64,000 nucleotides of DNA, from assembly GCA_040437565.1 (NCBI GenBank), contig JBDOQK010000043.1, positions 62,001-126,000 on the forward strand, in the 5' to 3' direction. The number at the start of each line of letters is the position of its first letter. The stretch's first letter is position 1. The position numbers and the translations under genes are program-made. The notes beneath the pieces are model-generated. The model was given only the letters and a program-made list of their open reading frames with translations. It did not search any database and was not told the origin of the DNA. Shown here in pieces: positions 11,401 to 24,559 of this stretch. Source of the stretch: Albugo candida (lineage: Eukaryota).

Positions 11401-13367
11401 TAATAAATTCTTCATCAGCACGAGTCTTGCCGCTCCTGTCTCCTTCTAAATGTGCCGTTATCGCATGTGAGCCATTTCTGAAGGTTGTGGAGCCACTTCG
11501 CAAACACACCTCATTGCAATTCCGTTTTTTTTAGCAGATTTGACAAATCGTTTTTTTCATAGATCTGTACAAAACGCAATGAAAACCAACCAAGAGATAC
11601 TGAAGCTTGACTTCGTTTGTTCTGTCAGAGGATCAGAGATATGATACATGAATTACTTACAGGATCGTTCTATATCGGTTCTGGTGCAAACATATAATAG
11701 CAACCCTCAGCGAAGTGGAGACGTGAGTGCATATATTTATACAATATGAAGCATCAAGTCCAATTCTTTACATTCTGTCCGATTAATCCGTTTAACCCTC
11801 GAAAATTCGTCGTAACATCGAGATGCATTAATGTTCAAAGCTTCTGATCTAGTAGATCAAACTCCTCGGAGTGCTAAGCGCCCCCTCAAATTGCTTTCCA
11901 TTTTCGAGAGTGTGTATTGATGACGACGCCGAGTATTACACAGCTTTATTGGATTACAATTGCGTGCGAAAGATTTGGAAATATCGCTTCTGCTTGAACC
12001 GGCTTTTTTGGTTGCAGGCTCACCTTCGATTTACTTTTTTGCATCGAAAGAAATTGAGAATGCGGTTTGATGATTTGATGAAATCTGATTTCTTCTCAAA
12101 TCTTCTTTGTTCCTTGAATAGGTTCCGCCACTCAACTCCGTAAAGAGGAATTTTTGCATTGAATTGTGTGCACAAGTTTGCCTCAGGCGGCTCTTCGGTC
12201 TGTGGTCAGCGGTACAAGCGCATCTTTGGTGCCGGCTCGATGAGTACCTTCAAGGTGCTTTTGGGCGTACTTTGATGCGCGCTCATCACTGGCGCGATGA
12301 AACCTCTTTTGAATTCATTGCTTCTGTTTCTTCAATTTCTGATTGAATTTTTCCACTCCCTTGCGCGTGTACACGAAAAAATTTCAAGTAGATAATTCTT
12401 CACGAGAGGTGGGCGAATACTTAGAATAACAGTATTTTGAAGGTTAAAACGTTAATGTAAGTAGTATGATCAGGGCTGTGTGAATATTGGAATAACAGTC
12501 CAGTAAGCCATTGTTAAAAATCAAGCAGATGATCTCATACGACATTAATCTTTCCGGACGCGCGATAACGGTTCTACCGACACACTTCCGACATCTCCGA
12601 CTGCTTCCTTGATGGCAGTCCAGCGGTGATGACGTCATCCAAACGCTACAAAGCAATGTACATTAACAGGCACCGCACTTACATTAAATCCCCATCTAAA
12701 TGTACCGATTTTTGTCTTGCTGGATGTCGGCTCCAATCAAAAGACCGCCTTCTCCGTGATCTTTGACTTCTTTTCACTTGCTTACGCACGGTACAATAAT
12801 TCCGTATGATTGATTGATTGTAAGCAATAGCCACCAACACCACGAGCGTACGGCGTCCGGAAACATTGCACGACTTCCGCTGCGATAAATTCTATACTGA
12901 AAGGCTCAGCTGGCTCTGCACGTCCAGTACTATGTTACTTTTACGATGAAACTTCTGCATTGAATACTGCACAAACTGTTAGAAAGACGAGCTCCGACGC
13001 AGTCATGGCTTCTCCTCTTGTATAGAAAAAAGGTAAAAGTTGATATATTTGCCAGTCGTTCCAAACCCTAAGGGCTTGCATATTTAAGCTTGCCGATATG
13101 TTGAAATGATGGCACGCATCATTCTCCTTCGGTATCCGCGTACGCAAACATCAACGTCAGTCGATTTTCAATAATAATTATACAAGCTCCATCCCAGCAG
13201 CTTCCAAGTTACGGATACGCGACGTTCCATATTCAAGTGTCTACAGATACTTCCTAGAATAAAGAATAGTCATTTTATCTGAAAGCAAGAAATCGCTTGA
13301 TAAATGGTTATGATTATAGACGTTGGAATTTAAAAAAGATCAAACATCGTAGTGGTCAGTATGGCAT

Positions 13368-14840
13368 TTATCTTTTTTTAGGCAGGAGGTGGCCTATCGT
13401 CCAGCTAACGAATGCATCTTCAAAGAATCTCATCGGTCTCGGGGGGAGATAATTATATCCAAACTGTGACTCTAGGGGATAGAGTGGACCGCATGATTCT
13501 TGACAGTCGACATTGCGCGGGTGTTTTATGTTGACCCATAGCTCTTTCTTCATCGGATCAGAGTAAAAAACCTCAAAGTACCTGAATAAACACTTGGCAC
13601 ATTCCTTCTTACCATTGTACGGAAGAATGCCGACTTTGGCTATTTCAATGCTATATACAGCTTCCTCTTCAGGTAACAAACCGCCATTCAGATTCTCCAA
13701 TATATTGTAGTCGCGTGCTGGTCTGAGCATCACCGAAGTACATGGACTTTCTGATTCGTGTACACAACGTAATCGAATTCGAAGCATGTTTGACGGGGCC
13801 GGAATTGAGGCTTTTATTATACTTGATAAAGGTGTCGAGTATATATTGTGAGGTATGATTTCAGTGCACTCGACACAATTTTGACCTTGATCTTGTTGGT
13901 AAGTGACGACAACGACATCATTTGATCTTAGATTTGCTTGATTGGCATTTACTTGCGCCAAATGTTCAAAGATGTTTTCTTTAAATTGTAAATTGAAACT
14001 GTCTTGATATACAGACGTAAACTGACACTTTGTTGATTTAATGATGTATGAGTCAGGTCCAATCGACAACATTACGAGATCATGATTCCCGCTTTCACTC
14101 GGAGACAACATGAATATTCGATCATCGGAACGTATACGTAATATGTCGTGACATTCTTCTGAATGAGAAATGTCATACGTTGCCTTGTATAGGATTCGTG
14201 ATGAGAATTTCTCAATTTGCAATAGTAAACCAGCAAGTACCGGTCCTACCATATTACTAGACACATGAACAGACGTCTCTTCCATCCGCTTACCATTTTT
14301 CATCATAAAGTTGAAAAGCTCGATTGGAGCGAATAAAAACGGGTGAGTCTTTTCAAGCTTATCAATATCTTCTTCCCCTCCACGACACCAGTACAGCTTA
14401 TAATCGACTTGACGCCAGATAATCGTGTACTCCTTGTGTATTTCAATTTTCAAATTGATGAGCAAATTTCGTTGAGATTCAACGGAGAAAATAGCAAACT
14501 CTTTACCATAGAGTACTTCATTAAGTCTAGTTGGAAATTTACCATCGACGATTCTCATGCGACAATTTCTGGGAAACGTTGCACGAATTGCAGGAGCCAA
14601 CAAGTTCGTTTCTGAGTGCACAATGACTTTCGCTATTACGCCTTTAATCTCAATTGGCCGAATTCTTTTGGCACCGACGTCGATAATAGCGTTATAGCAA
14701 GTATGGAGCTCACCACGTGATTCCTCCAATATTACATTGTACTCCGAGTATTTTTCACACTGCGCGAAATGCAGCCAGCAACATAACCATGCACTAAGTT
14801 GCGTAGCCACACAAAAGTACGCTCGTAGGCTCGGCCCCAT
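13368..14840 (-). CDS. Cys-rich candidate secreted effector, family copy 3 (490 aa), CHxC/CCG-like
   Basis: Intact ORF collinear with copy 1: signal-like N-terminus ending AQC, LHTCYNAIIDVGAKRIRP, and the same Cys modules. Confidence 0.85.
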   Translation of the reverse strand: MGPSLRAYFCVATQLSAWLCCWLHFAQCEKYSEYNVILEESRGELHTCYNAIIDVGAKRIRPIEIKGVIAKVIVHSETNLLAPAIRATFPRNCRMRIVDGKFPTRLNEVLYGKEFAIFSVESQRNLLINLKIEIHKEYTIIWRQVDYKLYWCRGGEEDIDKLEKTHPFLFAPIELFNFMMKNGKRMEETSVHVSSNMVGPVLAGLLLQIEKFSSRILYKATYDISHSEECHDILRIRSDDRIFMLSPSESGNHDLVMLSIGPDSYIIKSTKCQFTSVYQDSFNLQFKENIFEHLAQVNANQANLRSNDVVVVTYQQDQGQNCVECTEIIPHNIYSTPLSSIIKASIPAPSNMLRIRLRCVHESESPCTSVMLRPARDYNILENLNGGLLPEEEAVYSIEIAKVGILPYNGKKECAKCLFRYFEVFYSDPMKKELWVNIKHPRNVDCQESCGPLYPLESQFGYNYLPPRPMRFFEDAFVSWTIGHLLPKKR

Positions 14841-17800
14841 TGACTTCTCTTAGCTGTGCTTTGCAAGATAGTTCAAATAACCTGGTATTGAGTGGGTAGT
14901 ATACACGTATCTAATTGCGACATAGAAAGCTCACAGTATTACCTTCCCACAACATGAATACTCACAGCATTACATTCTCACAACATCACAGCAAAAACTA
15001 GTCTTCTTGCACAGTCAATTGCTGATAATTATCAATCAACAAGACACCAGGAATTACAGTTCAGAAGTACATAATGTTTAGGCTCTTACTGCTAAATTAA
15101 CACAAATAGCTGGAAAGGCGTGTCGAGTGGATTTCCCATTTCTGGCACCCATTTAACTTCCTGCACACACATAAACATTGCCTTGTATTCAGCTTCAGCT
15201 CCGCCAACCGCAATGACTTTTCAATTTACCGGCTACTGCACAGCCTATAATTTAGTACAATGGTTCAAGTCGACATATCGACACAGCCCAGGCTACTAGC
15301 GTCCAATTTTGGGGACGTGGCATCCATTATGAGTCATCCGACATTGGGTGACTGCATGATTGTGGATGAATCATCTTCTCTTTGTGATGGTATACCCCAG
15401 CCCCTGTGTGACGGTACGGAATAGTCTAGATGGTACACGTGGTACTACACTGCCTCATGTCAGGTTGGGTCAAACCATCCAACACTGGCGGATGTTATCA
15501 AGTCCCTGGAGTCCTTGCGTAAAGACAGGCTAAAGCTCGAGCGTAATTTTGCTTGATGCTTCCAAACCCGAAAGCCTCGGGTATCGAGTTCATATTGCAA
15601 ATATATGCAGACGGAGAGCACCCGGTGTGGTTGGTCTTGGCTGCAAAGTTGGAGACAGCGAAGCCTTTCAATGTCTCCAAGGGCACCTATCCCTTAATTC
15701 TAAAGATAAGTCAAGCGTTAGTGCTTACGCCGAATGGTAAAATGGATCGTGAAAATCCACATTTTGAGGGCCTTCTGAAGAGCAGGGCCATTTCTCGAGT
15801 ATCGTTAAAGCCGAATGGAAATATTCGGGCGATGATTTCCACCTAAGATACACGTGAATAGCTGAAGTGCTAGCAGCAACAATCCTCGGGTCTCAGTACG
15901 TTTTCGGGGGATACGATTAACTCGAATCCAAATACTTTCTCGACGTAATGGTGTGGGAGTGAAGGACAAACGGGGTTTGCTATCTTAGGTTCCCTTCACA
16001 GTATCGGATATCCAGTAGTCTTTGATATTTATAAAGATGATGTTTTGTATACGTGAGTCGTGACGCCGACGTTGAATGTGCACTTGATTACTCTTACGTG
16101 CTCTCCATGGCTGGTCCGCATCGGAAAAGTATGCGATCAAATTGCTTACGGGAAGCTGCTCTTCCTGTGGGAAGTATATCTTCTACTATCGTTTCGGAAG
16201 GACCACGTTTTATGTTCAACCTGGGCTTTATTGCCTGGATTTAGGAGCAGCATCGGTTACGGGAACAAGACAACAGCAAAACAAGAACCAAAACCAAACC
16301 CAGGAACCAGTATAAACATCGAAAACAGAAAACCGCGCTATCGGCACTCGTGGTGTCCAGACAAAAGGTGGTGAAGCCAGTTCCAAGCCAGGAATTGGAG
16401 GCGAGGCACCCTGAATGGACCCTACTCGACCAAATCTCGCAGCAGCTCAACTCTCCCCTACATCACCAGTGGCAATAGATTTATTTTAGCCCCTCATCCC
16501 ATCTTACAACTGGAGAAATAACCAATCTCACGAGAAAGTGCGGAGCGGGACGGGGATGTCTACATTTATCGTCATGAACAAAGAGACAGCGTAACCGAGT
16601 GGAACCCTTAATATATGGCCTCCGAATTATCACCTCGTGCTCTGGCTGAATTAGGAACGAGTAATTGATTTTCTGTGCTTGCAACTATTAAGGTGGAGAT
16701 AGAAGAATTGAAAGGGTTCGATAACATTCAGAATGGCAATCGCGTCTAAATTCTTCCTGTGAAAACACAGATTATAAAATAGGTGGCCACTTCAAAGAGG
16801 CGGCACACTTTCATCAAAAACGTTATACAATAATCGAAAAACGAAAATCAAAGAACGCTGCCTACCAGAATTGGTAAAATAGAGGACCTCATGGAAAGAA
16901 ATTCCGAAAATGCAATTCACCAGCTCCGGCCGGACAATCTCGTCCAGGCCGATGCACGCATTCCTCACGTGCGCAGGTTGGTCCAATTCAGCACCAAACA
17001 GGAAAAGTTATCCAGGCAGCACACGAGTATCTTATCACCATGAATGCGCTGCTTATCTAATGCCTGGATTCGAACGATCGTGCTTTGTACAAATTAATAC
17101 ATTTGCTACTTATCAATCGAGTTCTTGCAGTGCGAAATATCGGTGAAGATGTTATGTTTGCGACGCGATGGAGTCGCCACCTTGGTGGAAAGGTTCCTTC
17201 AAAGTGGGATGTATTGTTCTGGAAACTAATGTCGTGGTGAAGGCAGTGCCGGACATAGTTCGTCGTTTGATTCGGGCAACCAAAGCTCTTGCGTTCTTGG
17301 AACTTTTCTTTCTGTGCACTGGACAATATTATATATAAACGATACTGGATACAGTATCTCACCGATGGGTCAGTGATTTGGATTCGGGGCTATAAATGTC
17401 ACTTATTGCCAACGAATGTGCTACTCTTGTTGTCACGCTTAGAGATAGGTATTAAGTATTGGTCCCAATGGTTTGAAGGAAAATGGCGAGGGCTTCTCTG
17501 CGGTGACATCAACAAGCTCTCTCTCAAATTTATTTTCCCAGACGACTTATCAACACTCCACCTCTCGGTTCAAGACTCTGACAAAACGTTGATCACTGGT
17601 CCGCTTCAGCGTGAATGCTAAGGGCTCCTCCATAATCTCAACGTGGAATAATATCTCAGCACTCACGATGAATGTCAATGGAATTCATAAAAATGGTCAT
17701 CTTTTCATCGACCACGTCTTATTTCAATACTCCATTTGTTATGTTCGAGAAACGAAGCTTCACGATCACAAACAACTGAAATCATTTCAGTTTTTATTAC

Positions 17801-19450
17801 ATTCGAAAATGCAGCACACAAGTTTTGCCAATGATCACAACAGCGCTCTTCTCCATCCGACTTGAACGCGGTGACGGCGTCATAAAAAAATACTTCGTTC
17901 GGACTTTCCTGGTATTCAACAGCTGAAGAACTCGCGGAACGGAGCATTCTAAATCGCTATTTGGTTTTGCGTCTTCTCAATCACGATGGCCGGTATATAT
18001 TCAAAATGTAGATGCACCGGTCAAGGACGACGGAAAAGTGGATTTATGCGAGTTATTGATCTTCAACACTTTCGAATCGACCGCAACACATCTCTTATTT
18101 GGTGATTTCAATACACCACTCGATCCAGCTATTGATCCTTGGAGTGGAACAATTCGCCACGAACCAAGTTGATTAGCGTTTTTGGAATGGCTTTCCCAGT
18201 TAAGTGTGGTAGACGCTTGGCGAAGCCGACATCCAAGATAAAGTATTTACAGGACCATTACAGCGCAAAAAACGACCCGATTACATCTGCATGTCAGAAG
18301 AGCTACTCAATATGGTATACAAATCGTCTGAGTATTTCCGTTCACGACATGCAGGAGATCACCTGGCACAGAAGTAACTTTTTCGAATCTCCTGGACAAG
18401 GATATTGAAAGTGTTCATTACGACCAAATGAATATCCCCAAGTTGTCGAAGCAGTCAAATTGGAATCACATTTTAAAGCTCGAATAGTTGCGGACAAGTT
18501 CAAATCCCGGAAAATGTGGAAAAGTTGGAAGACGAAAATCAAGAAACAGCTTCAAGGAATTGAAATAGAGATTGCACGAGATAGCCGAAGGGATGATGAG
18601 TCTGGTCAGCGTGTTTTGAAAGTCGCATCAACTCTGATATCGCACTCAAGACACCACCGCGTCACGGTATTTTTTCGAATCGAGTCTCGAGCAATTTAAA
18701 ATCCTGGTCGAAAAAAATGTCAAATACAGCCAAGATGGCAGCTTCGACCATCACGTGAAGCATATGGAGAACTCTTCCAAAAATCTTTTCCCTCCGCATA
18801 GTTCTNNNNNNNNNNNNNNNNNNNNNNNNNNNNNNNNNNNNNNNNNNNNNNNNNNNNNNNNNNNNNNNNNNNNNNNNNNNNNNNNNNNNNNNNNNNNNNN
18901 NNNNNCGAATCGAGTCTCGAGCAATTTAAAATCCTGGTCGAAAAAAATGTCAAATACAGCCAAGATGGCAGCTTCGACCATCACGTGAAGCATATGGAGA
19001 ACTCTTCCAAAAATCTTTTCCCTCCGCATAGTTCTTGTCGGAGCGTGCCGATCTAAAATGATCCCAAAAAATGTGCCACCTTGACATCGAACCCGCGAGA
19101 AATTATTGACGAATTCAGGGATCATTGATGTGGTGTCATGGTCTTTATTTATAGCTCAGAGACCGACTCAAATGTTCTAAGTGAAAGAAAGCAAAACAAG
19201 TTGCTCGATTCGATTCAAGTTTCCCTTGCGTCCGAAGATCAAGACCGTCTCTCAACTCACTTAAGTACAAATGAGATGGGGGAAGCGATCAATCACATGC
19301 GGAGTAGTTCTTCTCCAGGTATGGATGGACTACCAGCTGCATTTTATAAGCTTGATCCGGAAACGTTTGGCAAGCGTCTGAAGATCGTGTTCGAATATCA
19401 GCTGGAAAGAGGTATCTTATTTCGATCACAACGTCACTCGGCAATAACAT

Positions 19451-20335
19451 AAGGGAATTCCTAAGCTCAACGTCGTTTTTTCCTAAACTCACCCCATCTA
19501 GAGGGTCCGCCTCAGCTCAGTAGGTTGAGCACTTGAGAACACGGACCCCCTGCCGGAGGTCGTTCGTTCGATCCCCGGCAGTGTGGGCAGCGGTTTGAGC
19601 CCACCCAAACAATAAGCTTGAAAAATATCTGCCTCCCAAGGTCTGAAGTCAGACTTAGTCCGATTCGAGCATTCGACTTAAAAAATCCGATACGAGTGTA
19701 TTCGAATGGTTCATCAAGGACTTTACAGTGGTAGAGTAGGTACGGTGTTAAATTAGCCAAGAAATGATCATAGAATGCCATCGACACAACAAGGTGGCAT
19801 TAGATATAGGATAATGAAGGTAGTTAAACAACCAGATAAACAGTGTAATGAAATCCTGTACAAAGTAAACTCACGCCATCCATTTTTTAGCCAATCATAA
19901 TTCATTATTTCGATTCATATCTGATATATTTAGCCGATAACTCTTGATCGTTTGAACCAATAATGAATCATCAAATTTGTAACGGTGGGCGTTTTGCGCT
20001 ACCGCGAACGTTATAGTGTCGCGAACAGCAACGTCGAAATCTCAGTGCACGAAATTTGATAAAAAATGAATAAGTTAAATTCTAAAAATAAAATATGTAT
20101 TCAAAATAATGGACTTGGGCTTTTGAATATTTCCAGGTAGAAAATCAAATTCGGATTTCTAATCCACAAACCCGTCGCCTTCCCAGATGCAGTATTTGTC
20201 AAGCAGCAGGACATAATGCCAGGAGTTGCAGGTTGCGTCCTGCAAGTTCCACTTTTAATTAGTGGAAAATAATCATTTGAATGATAAAATATGTTTGGCT
20301 AAAAAAGTGGATGCGATGAGGATAGGAATTCCCTT
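19451..20335. mobile_element. Non-autonomous TIR element (MITE-like) inserted in the LINE RT
   Basis: Terminal inverted repeat aagggaattccta ... taggaattccctt, flanked by acat/gcat. RT reads SAIT|LLYKKG when the element is removed. Confidence 0.85.
19499..19865 (+). mobile_element. tRNA-derived SINE, most complete copy
   Basis: A-box-like agctcagtaggttgagc (~19514) and B-box-like gttcgatccc (~19566). 15-bp TSD taaactcac(c/g)ccatc at 19484-19498 and 19866-19880. Confidence 0.8.
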
Positions 20336-23300
20336 GCATTATTATACAAAAAAGGATCACGAGGTGATCCTGGCAACTATCGACCGATCGCACTGCTTCC
20401 CGTAGACGTGAAAATACTTTCAAAAGTGTTGGCGTATCTATTGCAACAGTTTCTGCCAAATTGATTCATCAAGAAAAAAAAAACCAAAATCGTTTGTGCG
20501 AGGAAGGTCGATGCATCTCATATTCGACATCTCACTGACATCCAACTTGGTCACTCATCATGAGGAAGAAGCGTATGCGACCTTTCTCGACTTTGAGGAA
20601 GCGTATGATCGAGGCAATTGGGCGTACATGTTTCTCGTTTTGGAAAAAATGGGCGTTAAAAAAAGTTTCATCGACCGGGGTAGTCTTCTGTACAATAACA
20701 CGAAGGCGCAGTTGATGATCAATCGAAATATCACAGCGTCGATTACACCACAACGTGGAATCAAACAAGGTGATCCTCTCTCAGCATTACTTTTTCTGAT
20801 GACGATCGAACCTTTGGGAAATTCACTTCGAAAACATGAAGAGCATGGAATTTGGATCAATGGCCCGATTGTCGCAACTAGTTTATTTTTGTGGACGATT
20901 CCACATTGCTTTCAGAGACACCAAATGGTGTTTTGACGCAACTCGAACTCGTCCAAGTCTATTGCGATGGATCGGGTGCGNNNNNNNNNNNNNNNNNNNN
21001 NNNNNNNNNNNNNNNNNNNNNNNNNNNNNNNNNNNNNNNNNNNNNNNNNNNNNNNNNNNNNNNNNNNNNNNNNNNNNNNNTCGATGGTTATTTCAACTCT
21101 CGACAAGCGTTTTTACGATGGGTTTGGTGTATGGTTTTGACGAGCACGAACTGTTCTTGGTCGACTACTGGTTGCGCAGACGATGATTTTATCACGTCTG
21201 TGGCATTACACGATGCATTTGGACATACCAACAGAAAATATTCGAAAGTGGCAGTCAATTTTAAATCGATTTGTGCTTGGTCGGAAACACAAAAGAGATT
21301 CAAAACATGTTCACCTACTCAGCAAAGAGATTTTATATCTTCTCCGACAGGATGGTGGACTACAAACTCCTTTTTTGGTGGGACGGCTGAAGCTACAACG
21401 TATTGAATTCCTCCAGCAGCTCGCATCCGATACGTTGACAAATATTCCTGCGAATTGGACAACTGCCTCGATGGAATTATTACAACTTATCCAGCCTTCC
21501 TTTGGACACGCGAACCGATAGATATCTTCACCGTCACACCACATCGACATGGAAAAAGGGGTAAATGGGAGAGGACATCGTCATAGTGAAACACGCATTT
21601 GAAATGTGGCATCAGATGGATTGGAGCATTACAATATCAGATTTGAATGTTGCACAACGCCGTCAGTACCGTCGTTCCACTGCGACCACGAATTGAATTA
21701 TGACGCTGATAGTCGCAATCCAAGTACGCAAAACGTTTGGTACAATTTTGGCATGGTGGAAGAACCACACCGCACATTTCGGAGATCGTTTTCTACACTT
21801 TTCAAGATTCGAAGTCTGCAAGACTTCTTTCGATAAAGCGCCGCATGGACAACGAAGGAAGATTTCGTCGCAATTTATTGCAACGACGAAGAGCTGTTGA
21901 CATCGGACATAGCTAAAGAAAATATACTCAGTCGCCTTTACAATAAATTAACTCAAATACTATTTTTGGTGGTTGAGGGTGATGCCCTACCTGGTTCTGA
22001 CTGCTCTTCAATCTAGTTACCGGAATAAAGAAACATTCCGGCGTAAGCGAAAGTTAAAGTCCGATAATACGGACTTGGTGTCGCCGCGAAAACGCTCCAT
22101 CGTATCCACTCAACGATTGATCTCATCACTTCAATTCAACCAAATACAAGTGGCACATCCTTTTATGTGTAAGTAGAAAGCAAGGGGAGGGAGCATTTCC
22201 CTATCTATTTTATGCTTGCAACTCTCACGAATTTGACTGGAAAGCCCCTAGATAGCCAAGAGTCATTTGATGCTGACACATTGGCCATCACGGCAACGAT
22301 CGGACGCAATGGATTTAGAACGAGTTGAAACATTTACGGCTACATCTAGGGATCTCGGGAACGTGCCCGACCGATTATCGAAGGTTTACAATTTCGTTTG
22401 GCCTCCAGATGTTGCCAGTTCGATCTCGTTTCTGTTTTTTGAAGGGGTTTCAGTCCGGCATTATATTGTGCACGCAGCCGTCGTGTGGGGCAGTGAATCC
22501 GATCAACATCTCTTCTATAATGATATCAAACAACACAATTCTGTGGAGGGACATTCTACCTAGTTGTGATCAGCTCTTCCAATCCCGACCACGTTGGTCG
22601 CATATTGCATGTGCAATTGCGCCAGCATTACGGTTGGATTGGACAGAATGAGTATCAGCATATTATATTCGATTTATGGCTTGTACTGCAAGCGGTAACA
22701 CTTCATCTCGTCTGGACCACTCGGAATCGTAGTCTGTTCGATCAGCAATCAGCAACTCCGACAATCCCAGCACTTCCTGTGATAGATACAACGTTTTGTG
22801 CACACGTTCGGTACTTTCGAAGACAATGTCACGATCAAGACCAACGCATTCGACCTGCAAATGTTTGGATCAACTCGCAAGGCACGGATCATTTGTTGGA
22901 TTTTCAGAAGTCGAGGATCCTTGCTGCGAGCTCGGTACAGCGAATAGAAACAAGTGCAACTCGGATCCTAGTCCTAGTTGGATGGCTTTTTCACCGTAAT
23001 GTGGCGAACACCAAATTTCAAAACACGGTACCTGTGGATAACTAATCAAGCTTTAGGTCATTTACACGATGGACACAGTCTCGTATTCAGGTGGTGATGA
23101 GGCTACCGCAATACAGGAACATCAACGAGAAGACATGGGATCATCTCTCACAGGTATTTTCACGAAACGTTCGTTGAATGTGTATATGTCCTTTAAGATA
23201 TTCAAGATAGCCTAGACAACTAGAGAAGTCACATAGCCTTATTCTTATAAAATAGACACCTTCAACTGATGAGCCGCACTATCTGTTCTTGTTTTTTTCA

Positions 23301-23771
23301 CGAGTCGCTATGGATGAATATTGTCACATCTCCGACGTGACTTGGTGTTTGTATACAAGGGACGAGCGAATAGAATCATATCAGCATAGTTTATCCAATG
23401 AAAGAGTATATTAAAATGTTTTTGGCGAATTCAAAGGTCAAGGGGTAGGCAAGTAGGATGCGCTACCCGTTTTGGCGTATCCGGTCGGAGGAGATCGCCA
23501 GATGTGTATATTGATACAAATTCCAAGTCACGGGCATATCACTTGCATATTTGCGTGCTGTCCGACTTCAGATGACCTTGGCCGAGTTGGAGTTTGGAAA
23601 CTCCAAGCGAGTGAGAGCAACTGCAGCGAAGACATTCACGGCTACTTGAAAAGGGAAGAACGCTAGAGAACTACGGTGTCAAGAGAGAAGGTGGGGATTT
23701 GGAGGCCTTTAGTGCTCTAGTGAAAGGGAAATGATATCACCGAAATAGTGGACCCCGTCCCAAGATTTTTC

Positions 23772-23790
23772 GTCTCATTCCTCAATTCGC
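23772..23790 (+). promoter_or_regulatory. Oomycete INR+FPR-like core promoter motif
   Basis: gtctcattcctcaattcgc fits the oomycete CTCATTYYNCAWTY consensus, but no downstream ORF is evident. Confidence 0.3.
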
Positions 23791-24559
23791 CGGTTGGAGT
23801 GCACAACTCTCTTACTCTACTGTTTCTCGTACTCACTCAAAAATCGTTTTTTGCCTTATCTCGGCAACGGGGCTGTTTCTGAGCTTCTCCTTCACACAGG
23901 ATAGACAACAAAAAGCAGAAAAAAGCTGAGATGTTGCCCTTTGCTCACATAACCCTAACTTCGTGGGTGGTACATTTTGATACATGAATGAAAAATGGTA
24001 CAATGTATAAAATGTGTACCCAACGTACGAGACGTCGAAGGGTCGGACTTTTCATGGTATGGTTTGCAAGCGCAATGTGCTGGTACGAGAACGTACATCA
24101 AACGCATGTATGCATACACTATATTGGTCAGGAAATTTACACTAGTAAGTGAAAATGTAGGATAACGCTATAGTGCTGAGCATCTATAACCGTCAACTAT
24201 TCAAGAAGTCGTTCGGGCTGCATCAGAGTCCGTAGGATTTATCTAGATCAAAAACCTGGCGCTGTCATAGGAAACTAAAGATAAAAAGCTTGAAGATTAC
24301 AGACTTAGATTCATGTTCAATTTATTTTTGGCGAAGGTACGGAATTTCTAAAACCGAGAAATCTCAAGAGGTTTGGCTCGGGTAGCAGAATCTTCGCCCG
24401 CCCAAAAAGAACTCCAGAGATACGATAGCCAATCACAGGACTCACACATTTCCTTCGCGACCAATCAAATGGCTCAACGTCTAGCCAATCAACAGTGTCT
24501 ATAATCACTTATCACCTTTTTAAACAATCGACCCCCGTCGCTATTATATAATTAAAGAA

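Larger units (their letters stand above)
15218..23269 (+). mobile_element. Degenerate near full-length L1/Tx1-like non-LTR retrotransposon (ORF1, AP endonuclease, RT, C-terminal Cys/His region)
   Basis: ORF1 ATG at 15260 (MVQVDISTQP, also at 47500). APE motifs MNVNG, ETKL, GDFNT, DAWR, GDH (17.6-18.4 kb). RT motifs SPGMDGLPAAFYK, LLYKKG..NYRPIALL, FLDFEEAYD, RGIKQGDPLSALLF, VDD. 3' end agacaccttcaactga. Confidence 0.92.

Noticed and set aside
9400-12350. Possible decayed gene with intron-like gtaagt...tacag on the minus strand
   Set aside because: No recognisable protein motif; cannot be supported.
18676-19035. 130-bp direct repeat in the LINE
   Set aside because: Flanks a gap; assembly overlap artefact.
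19505-19590. Possible tRNA gene
   Set aside because: A/B boxes are present but there is no convincing cloverleaf; it is the head of a TSD-flanked repeat (SINE).
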